From the NCBI GenBank assembly GCA_021736385.1, contig JAIPFY010000001.1:9457-73456 (forward strand): a DNA stretch of 64,000 bases, written 5' to 3'. This DNA comes from Spirochaetia bacterium (GTDB lineage: Bacteria; Spirochaetota; Spirochaetia; CAKZLE01). A program made the translations under genes and the position numbers. Position 1 is the stretch's first letter; every line of letters begins with the position of its first letter. Below, in pieces: positions 1 to 10,008 of the stretch. The notes beneath the pieces were generated by a model. The model was not told where the DNA came from. It was given only the letters and a program-made list of their open reading frames with translations, and did not search any database.

Positions 1-154
1 TGGTGGTCTTGCCGCAGCCCGAAGGACCCAGCAGGGTGACGAACTCCCCCTGCTCTATGGTAAGAGAGATATCATCGACAGCGGTGACCACCGAGCCTCT
101 GCCGTCTTCGAATCTCTTGGTTATATGTTTCAGCTGTAGATAGGTCTTGTTCAT
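1..154 (-). CDS. ABC transporter ATP-binding protein, FbpC/AfuC/PotA type (5' part; truncated by window edge)
   Basis: Manual translation [51 protein letters not shown] contains Walker A; SD GAGGAG upstream; follows the permease. Confidence 0.9.
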   Translation of the reverse strand, partial: MNKTYLQLKHITKRFEDGRGSVVTAVDDISLTIEQGEFVTLLGPSGCGKTT

Positions 155-167
155 CGTGCATGCTCCT

Positions 168-1853
168 CTATTTAGTCGTACCGAATATTTGGGACTGCTT
201 CAGTCCGGTCAGTTTCATGATCGCAAAGACAAATACCAGGACCACCAGGACCAGGACGAACGACATCACCGAAGCGACACCGAGCCGCATGATCTCCGTC
301 TGTGCGAGGATCAGGACAGTAAGGTGGTTCCACTTGGCCGATACCAGGAATATGATCGCACTGATAGCAGTCATGCTTCGTACGAACGCATAGGTGGCAC
401 CTGAGAAGAACGCCGGTTTGATCAGGGGAAGGGTGACCTTCCTGAACGTATAGCTGCTCGTACCTCCGAGATTGGTCGAGGACTCCTCGATGTCATCCGA
501 TATCTGTTTCAGAGCTGCTATACCGCCCTCGATACCGATCGGGACGTTCCTGAACACATAGCAGGTGATCAGGATGAAGGCCGTACCCGACAGTCTGAAC
601 GGAGCACGGTTGAAGGCCAGGATATACCCGATCCCGACAGCAGTACCGGGGATCGCATAACTGAGCATGGAGACCATCTCGATCAGATGCTTTCCCGGGA
701 AACTCTTACGTACAGTGATGTAGGCGATCACCATACCGAGCACAGCGGTGATCGGAGTGGAGATCAGGGCCAGGACCAGGGTGTCTTTGAGCGTCTCAAG
801 TCCAACATCATAACTGTAGATGAAGTGATCGAAGGTCAGTGACCAGTTGATACCCCACAGCTTGATGAAACTTCCCGATATGATCGTCAGATAGAACAGC
901 AGGATGAAGATGGAGACCGAGGCACAGACGATGAAGATCACCACGGTGGTCGGCCGGCTGACCGATGAGGAAGACCGCCTTGAGGACTTGCCGGTGATCG
1001 TGGTGTAGGTCTTGTTCTTCATGATGTACTTCTGTATGAAGAAGACCCCGGCTGTCGGGACAAGCAGCAGGATAGCCAGTGCCGTACCCCGTGCAAGATT
1101 ACCCATGCCGGTGAATTCCATATAGGCCTGTACCGAGAGGACATCGAAATCACCGCCGATGATGATCGGATTACCGAAATCGGTCAGGGAGCTGACGAAC
1201 ACCAGCAGCCATGCGGCGAAGATACCCGGGAGAGCCAGCGGGAAGGTGACGGTCCGGAAGACCCTCCCCCGTCTGGCACCCAGATTCATCGCGCAGGTCT
1301 CCAGATCCGGGTCGATCCCCTGGAGGATACCCGAGAGGGTCATATAGGCGACGGGAAAGAGACTGATGGTCTGCACCAGGACCAGACCCTTGAGCCCGTA
1401 GATCCCATTGGTATCGAGCTGCAGGATATAGGTGGTGATCAGACCGTTCCTGCCGAAGAGCAGGATGACTGACAGGGCGAACATGAACGGTGGTGAGATC
1501 ATCGGCAGGATCGCCATCGTCTGGAAGAATCGTTTCCAGCCCAGTGCGGTCTTGGTAAGAGCGTAGGCAAAGAGAAATCCGATGGTCGTTGCCGTCGTCG
1601 CGACGATAGCTCCGAGCATCACACTGTTTCTGATCGCTCTCATATAGCGTGAGTGGGTGAATATGTACCGATAGACTTCGACAGTGGTCTCTCCGTCCTG
1701 CGTAAGACTGAGCTGCGCAGCAGCAAGGATCGGATAGGCGATGAAGAACAGCAGCAGACCAAGGATCAGCAGGACCCCGATCATGAGCGCAGGCTCACGG
1801 GTAAGCTGATGAAACCCTTTATTTCCATGTAGTGTGCGTTCGATCGTAGCCAT
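168..1853 (-). CDS. FbpB/AfuB-type ABC permease (two fused permease domains)
   Basis: 561 aa, many TM segments, two EAA-like loops ([20 protein letters not shown]), DFGNP motif. Confidence 0.9.
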   Translation of the reverse strand: MATIERTLHGNKGFHQLTREPALMIGVLLILGLLLFFIAYPILAAAQLSLTQDGETTVEVYRYIFTHSRYMRAIRNSVMLGAIVATTATTIGFLFAYALTKTALGWKRFFQTMAILPMISPPFMFALSVILLFGRNGLITTYILQLDTNGIYGLKGLVLVQTISLFPVAYMTLSGILQGIDPDLETCAMNLGARRGRVFRTVTFPLALPGIFAAWLLVFVSSLTDFGNPIIIGGDFDVLSVQAYMEFTGMGNLARGTALAILLLVPTAGVFFIQKYIMKNKTYTTITGKSSRRSSSSVSRPTTVVIFIVCASVSIFILLFYLTIISGSFIKLWGINWSLTFDHFIYSYDVGLETLKDTLVLALISTPITAVLGMVIAYITVRKSFPGKHLIEMVSMLSYAIPGTAVGIGYILAFNRAPFRLSGTAFILITCYVFRNVPIGIEGGIAALKQISDDIEESSTNLGGTSSYTFRKVTLPLIKPAFFSGATYAFVRSMTAISAIIFLVSAKWNHLTVLILAQTEIMRLGVASVMSFVLVLVVLVFVFAIMKLTGLKQSQIFGTTK

Positions 1854-1910
1854 ACTATGGCGCCCCCCCCGGCAGTAGATAGTCAGAGCCGTTACAGACC
1901 CTGGGGTGTC

Positions 1911-1947
1911 CTGAACGTACAGGGTACACAGTACCCCGTACGTTCAG
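1911..1947. other. Intercistronic stem-loop downstream of the binding-protein gene
   Basis: CTGAACGTACAGGGTAC-aca-GTACCCCGTACGTTCAG inverted repeat. Confidence 0.6.
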
Positions 1948-1964
1948 TCATATACATATATGGA

Positions 1965-2996
1965 TCATTTCTTGGGTTCGGTTCTCTCTTCTCCGCCGAT
2001 GACAGCGTTCCACTTCTCAACAAGACGAGTCTTGTTCGCAGCGGCCCACTCGTCATCCTGCATGATGGTGTTCACCTTGGAGATCGGCATGGCACCTTTT
2101 GCAAGAGGGACATCTACGAACGGTACGACGAACTTCGTGGCATAGATCTTCGCAGCGGTCTCACCCAATGACCAGTCGATCAGCGTCTTTGCCGCATCCA
2201 GCTCATCAGCAGGGCCGTTCTTGATCATGGAGATCGATGCGACCTCATAACCGGTACCTTCACTGGGGAAGGTGATCTCAAGAGGATACCCCTGGTCGAC
2301 AAGACGTACAGCATCGTGAGCATACCCGATAGCTATGGTCACTTCTCCGATACTTGCATTCTTACCAGGTGCTGAACCTGATCGGGTGTACTGGGTGATG
2401 TTGTTATCGAGTTTTCTCAGCAGATCGAAGGCCTGCTCCTCTCCATAGATCTGTACCAGAGTAGCCAGGACATTATAGGAGGTACCTGATGATCCGGGAT
2501 TGGCCATCTGAACGTGTCCGGTGTACTTGGGATCACAGATCTCTTCCCAGGAGGTAGGAGCGGTAAGTCCGAACTTCTCCAGCGATCGGGTATTGCTCTC
2601 GAAACAGAGCGGACCTGCATAGATTCCCGACCAGTAGAATTCAGGGTCTCTGAACTGTGCGGGCATCGTCGCAGCAGGTGATTCATAGGGAGTCGTCAGA
2701 CCTTTCTGTTTTGCTTCGATATGGCCCAGTCCGACACCGCCGTACCAGACACTTGCCTGGGGGTTTGCCTGTTCTGCTTCCAGACGGGCTGTCGCTTCGC
2801 CGGTTGACAGACGTACCCACTCGACTGAGATCCCGGTCTCTTCTTCGAATGCCTTGAAGACATCTCTGGCAAGTTCCTCATCCAGCGTGGTATATGCAGT
2901 CACTGATGTTCCCGCTTCCTGTGCCCCTCCTGCAAACAGGGTCCCGGTGAACAGTACAAGAACAAGTACCAGGGAAATAAGCACTTTCTTATTCAT
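1965..2996 (-). CDS. ABC substrate-binding protein, AfuA/FbpA-like (sugar-phosphate or iron class)
   Basis: Start moved to MNKKVLIS (SD GGAGG upstream); signal peptide; NPQASVWYGG, NPGSSGTSY and TGYE motifs. Confidence 0.85.
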   Translation of the reverse strand: MNKKVLISLVLVLVLFTGTLFAGGAQEAGTSVTAYTTLDEELARDVFKAFEEETGISVEWVRLSTGEATARLEAEQANPQASVWYGGVGLGHIEAKQKGLTTPYESPAATMPAQFRDPEFYWSGIYAGPLCFESNTRSLEKFGLTAPTSWEEICDPKYTGHVQMANPGSSGTSYNVLATLVQIYGEEQAFDLLRKLDNNITQYTRSGSAPGKNASIGEVTIAIGYAHDAVRLVDQGYPLEITFPSEGTGYEVASISMIKNGPADELDAAKTLIDWSLGETAAKIYATKFVVPFVDVPLAKGAMPISKVNTIMQDDEWAAANKTRLVEKWNAVIGGEERTEPKK

Positions 2997-3186
2997 TCTG
3001 ATTCCTCCATGTTTTTTTCTTTGAACTATACTCATTGTAAGGAGGGTTATGCAGGATAACAAGAAACAAAACAGTAACAAATAGTTACAAAACAGGGACA
3101 TACCAGAACAACACGGCTGATGTTCTCTGTATGTACACGGGCTGGATACTCAGCGATTTCCGGTACGGGGATCTCGGAGACCGCTC

Positions 3187-3900
3187 TCACAGGGAATCGG
3201 CATACTCCAGTTTCAGCAGTCGATAGCCCCTGCCCCATGCATTCATGATATAGACCGGTTCTGAGGGATCAAGCTCGATCTTCTTACGCAGACGCCTGAT
3301 GTTCACCTTCACCAGTTCATGCCCCCCTTCCCAGTCACGAGACCCCCACACCTCACTGCAGATGACCTGCCAGGAGACGATCCTGTCGAGGCTTTCAGCG
3401 AGCGTCCGCAGGATGCTGAACTCTATGGGGGTCAGCTCAAGCACCGTACCGGACCGGGAGACCCGCTCCTTCGTGAGGTCTATCATCAGATCTCCGGTGG
3501 TCACCAGCAGGGTCTCATCCCGTTCGGGAGCCCTCTTGAGCAGGTTCCCTGCTCTGAGGAGCACCTCACGGTGGTTGAACGGTTTCTTGATATAATCATC
3601 AGCCCCGAGTTCCAGGCCGGAGATCACATCATCATCCTTGTCCCGTGAACTGAGCATGATCACCGGAAGGACCATATGCTCCTTGATCCGGTTGCACAGC
3701 TGCAGACCGTCGATCCCGGGCAGGTTGATATCGAGGATGACCAGATCGACCTGCTGTGTGCAGATCAGATCCCAGCCCTCTTCTGCCGTGGCTGAGGAGA
3801 GGACCGAATACCCCTCATCTTCGAAGACGTATGCCAGAAGGGATACGATATGGGGATCATCCTCTATGATCATGATAGTCTGTCTCATACTGTTACACAC
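3187..3900 (-). CDS. OmpR/PhoB-family response regulator
   Basis: REC (IIEDD, LDINLPG, KKPF) plus winged helix (VNIRRLRKKIE, WGRGY). Confidence 0.93.
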   Translation of the reverse strand: MCNSMRQTIMIIEDDPHIVSLLAYVFEDEGYSVLSSATAEEGWDLICTQQVDLVILDINLPGIDGLQLCNRIKEHMVLPVIMLSSRDKDDDVISGLELGADDYIKKPFNHREVLLRAGNLLKRAPERDETLLVTTGDLMIDLTKERVSRSGTVLELTPIEFSILRTLAESLDRIVSWQVICSEVWGSRDWEGGHELVKVNIRRLRKKIELDPSEPVYIMNAWGRGYRLLKLEYADSL

Positions 3901-5066
3901 TCCTTGGGCAGGGTGAAGGAGACGATGGTGCCGTGTCCGGCTGATGAGCTGATATAGACCTTCCCATCGTGCTTCTCTATGATGTCCCGGACGATAGCGA
4001 GCCCGAGACCGGCACCGTTGCCGATATCGTTCTTCGTATCAGTCCCCTGAAAGAACTCATCAAAGATCATCGGCCGTTCCCTGCGGTCTATCCCGCTGCC
4101 ATTGTCGCTCACCGAGACCACGACACACAGCTCGTTCTGCTTGACACTCACCAGGATCGAACCTCCCGGACCGACATGCTTGCTCGAGTTATGGATGAGG
4201 TTGATCATGACCTGCTCGATCCACTTATCGTCTGCCAGGACATGATCTATCGTGTTGGAGAAGGCATACCGCACCTCCTGCCTCTGATCATCAAGGAAGG
4301 GGCCCATATTCCGTATGACCCTGCGGATGACCGTGCGGATATCCATCTGCTGTTTCTCCAGCGAGAACAGCGTATGTTCCACCTTGATCTGTGCGAGGAT
4401 GTTCTCTACCAGCCGTATCATCCGACGGACATTGGCATGAGTGGAGTCCAGGAATCTCTTCTGAGTCTCGTTCACGTCTCCCGGGCGCCCCTCCTGCAGG
4501 ATCTCTGTGGATGTCTGTATCACCGTCAGCGGTGTACGCAGTTCATGGGCAAGAGTGGAGAGCAGCTTGTTCTTGTTCTGGATCTGCAGCAGATGGGTCC
4601 TGCGTTCCTGTTCCATGACCTTCAGCTCCTGTCGTTCCTGCTTTGACAGGATGATACCTGCACAGAGGGCTATCCCGAGTCCGATCAGGTATGTTCCGCG
4701 CCCTGAAGCTGTGTACCAGGGGATACAGACAAGCACTGCTGCAGCAGTGAACAGGTATGCAAAGCCCCTAGGAACAGCCCGGTGTACCCGATAGACCCAG
4801 AGGGGGAGGAATATGAGTGCATACAGGGGATAGAGGAACTGCACAGAACAAGCCATCAATGGCAGTTCGAGGACCAGGCAGACAGGATAGGCATAGGAGT
4901 GTCCGCGCAGATACTTCACAGATAACGCGGTGCAGATGGCAAGCAGTGCCAGATAGCTGAGGATAAGCAGGGTCACCGTGACAGACTGATCGTGATCATA
5001 GATCAGCAGCAGGACCAGAGAGACAATTTCCAACTGTATCAGGTGGATATCTGTACGTTTCAGCAT
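3885..5066 (-). CDS. Membrane sensor histidine kinase
   Basis: N-terminal TM helices, H-box AHELRTPL, N box, DNGSGI, GAGLGLAI. Confidence 0.93.
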   Translation of the reverse strand: MLKRTDIHLIQLEIVSLVLLLIYDHDQSVTVTLLILSYLALLAICTALSVKYLRGHSYAYPVCLVLELPLMACSVQFLYPLYALIFLPLWVYRVHRAVPRGFAYLFTAAAVLVCIPWYTASGRGTYLIGLGIALCAGIILSKQERQELKVMEQERRTHLLQIQNKNKLLSTLAHELRTPLTVIQTSTEILQEGRPGDVNETQKRFLDSTHANVRRMIRLVENILAQIKVEHTLFSLEKQQMDIRTVIRRVIRNMGPFLDDQRQEVRYAFSNTIDHVLADDKWIEQVMINLIHNSSKHVGPGGSILVSVKQNELCVVVSVSDNGSGIDRRERPMIFDEFFQGTDTKNDIGNGAGLGLAIVRDIIEKHDGKVYISSSAGHGTIVSFTLPKECVTV

Positions 5067-5100
5067 CTACGATGATTGTACAACAGGGAAGAGGAAAAAC

Positions 5101-5148
5101 AAAGGACAACCTGCATCCACATCATCAGCTGAGGGCAGGTTGTCCTTT
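5101..5148 (-). terminator. Intrinsic terminator after the PIN-like gene
   Basis: 14-bp perfect stem AAAGGACAACCTGC/GCAGGTTGTCCTTT followed by T-rich tract on the minus strand. Confidence 0.7.
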
Positions 5149-5167
5149 CTACAGGCAGGTGAACCAG

Positions 5168-6037
5168 TTATTCAGCCTGTCGTGAGAAGGAGTCAAAATC
5201 GACTATATGGCTATCCTCTCCGAGTTCTTCAAAGAGTATCTCAGCGTACTTCCGGAACTGGTCGAGTTCTGTGATCTGAAAGAACACCTTCAGGTCACTG
5301 TTCAGCTCGTTGATCAGTTCTGCCCGCACGGAATAGAGATCGGTATCTATCTGCTTCCACCAGTCGTTCGGATGTCCGTCGGTGATGAAGATCGCCGGGA
5401 GTCGACACTTCTTGATATGCTGCAGGATCTGTTTCCATTGGATCAGAGAACTGTACTGTTTCAGTCCGGTCTCCTCGGGATGGATGAAGGGAGGCATCAT
5501 ATAGGCAGCACGTGTTTCAGCCTCTTTCTCCAAGCCTTCGATGCTCTGATAGGAAAGCGGTGCACCGATTCGATCCTCCACTATGATATCAGAGAGCTGT
5601 TCGAGAATCTCATCTGTTTCCGAAGAGATATGCCCATTGATACTCTCAAGGAGTACCTGCTGAAAGGATCGCATCGATCGCTCGATATCCTTCATCTGTT
5701 CAGTCAGACCTGAGATCACAGGATTGCAGCTATTCTGGACCATGCCTTTGAGGTTCTTGATCTCCAGTTCCATGGCTTCTTTGAGCTTCTGACATTCCTG
5801 TCGTTCCTCAGCGATCACATATTCACGTTTATCAAGATAGACCTTCGCCACCTGGTAGGGGATCCAGATCTTGGGTGACAGGGTATCAAGTAATTCGATG
5901 ATGCGCGAGACCTCTTCAGGTTTCTTGTGGTAGAGGGATAGGAAGACACTGGTATCGAGAATGAAGATAAAATCCTTCCAGTGTTCTCTGTATTCAGGTA
6001 CACCAGCTTCAAAACTTCCAGGGAACATGGTTTTCAT
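5168..6037 (-). CDS. PIN-like domain protein (DUF4935/PIN_8 type), degenerate active site
   Basis: MKTMFPG start with SD GAGG; FILDTSVFLSLY, IWIPYQV, WKQIL and IFITD...DWW follow the family pattern. Confidence 0.7.
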   Translation of the reverse strand: MKTMFPGSFEAGVPEYREHWKDFIFILDTSVFLSLYHKKPEEVSRIIELLDTLSPKIWIPYQVAKVYLDKREYVIAEERQECQKLKEAMELEIKNLKGMVQNSCNPVISGLTEQMKDIERSMRSFQQVLLESINGHISSETDEILEQLSDIIVEDRIGAPLSYQSIEGLEKEAETRAAYMMPPFIHPEETGLKQYSSLIQWKQILQHIKKCRLPAIFITDGHPNDWWKQIDTDLYSVRAELINELNSDLKVFFQITELDQFRKYAEILFEELGEDSHIVDFDSFSRQAE

Positions 6038-6093
6038 AGCAGCCTCAATCTTTTTCACTTTCAGTTTTTACTTTTTGTGCTTGTGTACATAAG

Positions 6094-6121
6094 ATTATAG
6101 CGTATGAAGACACGAAGTCAA
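6094..6121 (-). promoter_or_regulatory. Sigma70-type promoter of the PIN-like gene
   Basis: TTGACT-N16-TATAAT on the minus strand. Confidence 0.65.
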
Positions 6122-6167
6122 GAGAATCTGTACTGAAAAACACCTATTTGAGTGAGTCACTTACCAT

Positions 6168-6301
6168 ATCACTCATAGTCACCGAACCGCTATACACAGG
6201 ATAGCTGTCATGAACCTCAATGACTGCCTGAGAAGACACTGTGCATCCTCGAAGATGCCTTCCAGCGAGTCGATCGGAATCCCGGGGAGCCTCCCCAGAG
6301 C
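6168..6301. repeat. 134-bp direct repeat, left copy
   Basis: Matches 15323-15456 with two substitutions. Confidence 0.95.
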
Positions 6302-6320
6302 TTTTCGTTTGTAGCTAAAG

Positions 6321-7587
6321 CCTAATCATACAATATCAGAAAAGTAGAACCATAACATGGCATTCATCAAAGTGCAAAAACTGGTATGAGATTCAGGCGG
6401 TAGTATCAGATCGGGAAGTGCTTCAATCATGACTACCGAATACGACAGGTCTATCAAGGGTTCCTCTCGCTAATGTACCATAGAGAAGCTTGGGATGATC
6501 CTATCTATCGATGAGAAAGGAATAAAGGGGTGTTCCTCTCGCCTGCCAGAGGACTTGTTGCCTATGATTCAGCTACGGATTCCTTTACATCTGTAGAGCC
6601 CGATGATGCCCGCATCAAGGGTCTTGATCTATTCCCAGAACCAGAGATTCACACGGTGTTCGGTGATGTATATCTTCTTCTTGCAGTGTGTAAAACATCA
6701 GGTCTTCTGGAGGTGCTCAGAACTACTGTTTCACAAGATACGGACTATGAGCGGGTTCTTTCTCACCTGCTTCACGCAGTTCTCCAGGATAGATCGAAGA
6801 TCTCCTGTGATGACTTCATAGGGAAGTATTTCGCATCCTACCTGTTTCGGCAGTTCCCTACCGGATCTCTTGGGAGTGATACGCTCTACTTCTCGATGAT
6901 GGGAGAAGATCACAGCAGACTATCCTTCTTCAGGACGTTTGTCTCCTACATAAGAAAGGACGATCCAGGGTTCGGTACCGGGTGCTGCGTGAACTCTACC
7001 CCATTGCCCAATATGTTCAATAACAACCCTTTCAATGCCCTGAAAGGGAGCCCGGAACTATCGGTTGAATCACCAAGAGCACTACCTGAAGATGACTGAT
7101 AGGGATAAGAACTGGTATGCAGTACGGTTTGGGTTCTTCATCTTGCTTTCCACAGAGCTCAAGGAACCGGATACAAAGCTTGATGATTACTTCGGCAGGA
7201 CTCGGATCTAGACCGTCTTCAAAACAAGTAAAGAATACCTTGATCTTCTACCGCTCTCAAAATGGTCAGATCTTACGATCAGAGGGAAGTTGCTGTCTGA
7301 TATGATATCGACGATCGTCTTTCTTCAGCTCCGAAAGACACTCTTGGGACCTGGGATCTCGACCCGCACGTTGATAGAGAACACCCAATCGCTCATATGT
7401 ATGAAGAAACGGGATGGTACCGTGATCGTTAAAGTCCCAAACAAGCAGGTAAAGAAATTCTACCATGATCTGAAGGTGAAGATCCCTTCGTTTATAGATC
7501 TGGAGAAGTACAGATCTGAGACTTTGGGGCTTGATACCAAGAAAAGCTGAGTTCCCAGTATGGTTCTACTTTCGTGTGTATCGCAGG
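6321..7587 (+). mobile_element. Decayed DDE insertion sequence (IS1634/IS4-like, family tentative)
   Basis: Inverted-repeat core AAAGTAGAACCATA (6341-6354) / TATGGTTCTACTTT (7559-7572) encloses transposase fragments; outer ends approximate. Confidence 0.7.
6357..7550 (+). pseudogene. Transposase pseudogene
   Basis: MAFIKVQKLV* with two early stops, frameshift into 6530-7099 (VNSTPLPN, probable catalytic D to N), apparent internal deletion, C-terminal FKTSKEYLDLLPLSKW segment. Confidence 0.75.
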
Positions 7588-7654
7588 CTGAACGACCAAA
7601 GAAACATCAAATAGAATAAAAAGAACAAATAGAACAATATTTAATTATTTTTCC

Positions 7655-7683
7655 TTGACTGCTTTCACGAATGACCATAAACT
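7655..7683 (+). promoter_or_regulatory. Sigma70-type promoter of the island operon
   Basis: TTGACT-N17-TAAACT with A/T-rich upstream region. Confidence 0.65.
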
Positions 7684-7714
7684 AACAACTAACAACTAGT
7701 AGTTAGTAGTAAGT
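7681..7714. promoter_or_regulatory. Candidate operator: 34-bp imperfect palindrome built from 7-bp units
   Basis: ACTAACA-ACTAACA-ACTAGT-AGTTAGT-AGTAAGT overlapping the -10/TSS; arms match 11 of 14. Confidence 0.55.
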
Positions 7715-7738
7715 TTAAGAAGTGAACTGAGGTAAACA

Positions 7739-8920
7739 ATGGATACTGCATCAATAAAGAGACCTAATCAGAATGATAAAGTGATGGAAATCATTCTTGA
7801 AGAACATAGAAAACTCGATATTACGAGAAAGATGGTAGTCAAACGAGAAGAGTACCTGGACTATGTGACTTTCAAATCAAATAATAGAACCCTCTATCGT
7901 GAGACCCTGGGACCCCTTAATGGAGTCAAAGAGCTTTGGACTGAAGAGGGAGCTACTCCTGATCAACTCGATTTCTCAGCTTTTGATTTTAATGAAGCAC
8001 TTTTTCACGATTGTGGAGCTTTTACCGGCTACTATGGTCCAGATCAGTCTTCGATCATCTCAAATTCTGAGACAGATCTTTACTACACCAACTATATGGG
8101 TATCAAACACAGATTGATCAAAAAGAGTTCTACTTTAGGACATCCACTTGATTGGCCAATACGAGATAGAGATGACTGGAAGGAGGTAAAGAATTTCTAT
8201 ACCTACTGTGAAGGAAGAATCCCTGAAAACATGGCTGAGATCGCTGAAGAAAAGCGAAAAGAGGGTTATGTCATCATGGCAGGGATGCCTGGTGGATTTG
8301 ATGAGATCAGAGTACTTCTCGGTGATGAACAGGCTCTGATCGGACCCTACCTTGATCCAGATCTGATCCATGAGATCCTTGATACTATTGGAGAGACTGC
8401 TTCCCGGGTCCTTGATGAGGTTTCAAAGCAGATAGTCATCGATGAAATCCTCGTTCATGAGGATATGGCTGGTAAGAGTGGACCTCTATGGGGACCTTCT
8501 CAGGTCGAGGAGTTCATGCTTCCCTATTATCAGCGATGTTTCAATGTCGTGAGAGACCGGGGAACAAGAGTCTTCAATATGGATAGTGACGGAGATTGTA
8601 ATGCGATCATCCCGAGCCTGATAAAAGCTGGGATCAATATGTTTCATCCATGTGAACCTGAATCAAACATGGATATAGTAGAACTGCTCAAGACTAACGG
8701 TCATACACTGGCAGTTGAGGGCGGGATCGATAAATATACCCTTCTTCAGGGGAAAGATGCGATAGAGCAAGAGCTCGAACGTGTTGTGCCTTTCGTCGTG
8801 AAGCATGGTGGTGGTGTATTGAGTCTGGATCACAGGATACCGAACGGGGTTCACTTGGATAATTATCTCTATTATCTGAGACGACTACAGGAAATAATTG
8901 CTCGAGAGAGAGCTAATTAG
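7739..8920 (+). CDS. Uroporphyrinogen decarboxylase (URO-D)/MtaA-fold family protein
   Basis: HEDMAGKSGPLWGP, MDSDG, GGIDK and SLDHRIP motifs; start codon uncertain. Confidence 0.8.
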   Translation: MDTASIKRPNQNDKVMEIILEEHRKLDITRKMVVKREEYLDYVTFKSNNRTLYRETLGPLNGVKELWTEEGATPDQLDFSAFDFNEALFHDCGAFTGYYGPDQSSIISNSETDLYYTNYMGIKHRLIKKSSTLGHPLDWPIRDRDDWKEVKNFYTYCEGRIPENMAEIAEEKRKEGYVIMAGMPGGFDEIRVLLGDEQALIGPYLDPDLIHEILDTIGETASRVLDEVSKQIVIDEILVHEDMAGKSGPLWGPSQVEEFMLPYYQRCFNVVRDRGTRVFNMDSDGDCNAIIPSLIKAGINMFHPCEPESNMDIVELLKTNGHTLAVEGGIDKYTLLQGKDAIEQELERVVPFVVKHGGGVLSLDHRIPNGVHLDNYLYYLRRLQEIIARERAN

Positions 8921-8946
8921 TTATATAATGAAAAAGGAGAACGAGT

Positions 8947-9918
8947 ATGAGAAAAGGTTATCGTGTACTGTTGGTATGTTTGGTAATGTTGGCTGTTGCA
9001 GCAATGGGTTTTGCACAGGGACAAAGTGAAGAGGAACAAACCTCCTATAGAATAGGTTATATCCCATCACTATTAGGTCATCCAGTAACTATAGCTTGGC
9101 AGACAGGAATTGAAAGATATATAGCAGCAACAGGCGAAGACATAGTCTTACAGGCATATGATGCAGAGGGAAGAGCTGATTCTCAGGTCACCATGATGCA
9201 GGAATTGATCAACCAGAATGTTGATGCGATCATTTTACAGCCAGTAGATGCTGCAGGATTATCTGCATCAGTGATGGCTGCAGAGAATGCAGGGATCCCT
9301 GTTATCACTCTGAACACACCAGTTAAAGTCTCACATACTGCACTCGTACAGATGGCAGATATCGAAGCTGGGTACATGGTTGGTGAAGAGCTTGGAAAGA
9401 GTATCGGTGGAAAAGGTAATGTAGTTATCATTCAGTCACCTCCAGGAGCTACTTTAGGAGTAAACAGAGAGATGGGCTTTAGACAGGCTATCGAAGAACT
9501 CTATCCTGAGATCGCTATCGTTGGTGCACAGAATGCAGAATGGAAAAGAGACAAGGCTATCACTGTCATGAACAGTTTTCTTCAGGCAAACGACAGTATC
9601 AGCGGTGTATTCGCTGTAAATGATACTATGGCTGCAGGAGCGGTTATTGCAGCTGAATCAGCAGGACGACTTGAAGAAATCAAGATCTGGGGTGCTAATG
9701 GACAGGGTGAAGCTCTGACTATGATCGAACAGGGAAGACTTGCAGGTACTGCATACAACAACTGTTACGATCAGGGTGGAAGAGCTATGGATATTGCATG
9801 GGATGTTATCAATGGAAATACTGCAGAGTATGGTGATGATACGTTTATCGTGAAGATCGATCCCTTCCCTGCACAGGAATCTACAATCGCGGAGATAACT
9901 CCTGAGAATCGTTGGTAG
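8947..9918 (+). CDS. Sugar ABC substrate-binding protein (RbsB family)
   Basis: Signal peptide, VDAIILQP, GIPVITLN, VFAVNDTMA. Confidence 0.9.
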   Translation: MRKGYRVLLVCLVMLAVAAMGFAQGQSEEEQTSYRIGYIPSLLGHPVTIAWQTGIERYIAATGEDIVLQAYDAEGRADSQVTMMQELINQNVDAIILQPVDAAGLSASVMAAENAGIPVITLNTPVKVSHTALVQMADIEAGYMVGEELGKSIGGKGNVVIIQSPPGATLGVNREMGFRQAIEELYPEIAIVGAQNAEWKRDKAITVMNSFLQANDSISGVFAVNDTMAAGAVIAAESAGRLEEIKIWGANGQGEALTMIEQGRLAGTAYNNCYDQGGRAMDIAWDVINGNTAEYGDDTFIVKIDPFPAQESTIAEITPENRW

Positions 9919-9947
9919 TCTCTAGGTAACTCATAGAAGATACATAC

Positions 9948-9982
9948 TAGTCATGGTCAGCTTTAGCTGCTGATCATGACTA
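9948..9982 (+). other. Intercistronic stem-loop after the binding-protein gene
   Basis: TAGTCATGGTCAGC / GCTGATCATGACTA. Confidence 0.55.
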
Positions 9983-10008
9983 TATATAAAATGATTGAGG
10001 TTTAGGTA

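Noticed and set aside
6061..6090. 9-codon upstream ORF before the PIN-like gene
   Set aside because: ATG is only 3 nt from the -10 box, probably upstream of the transcript start
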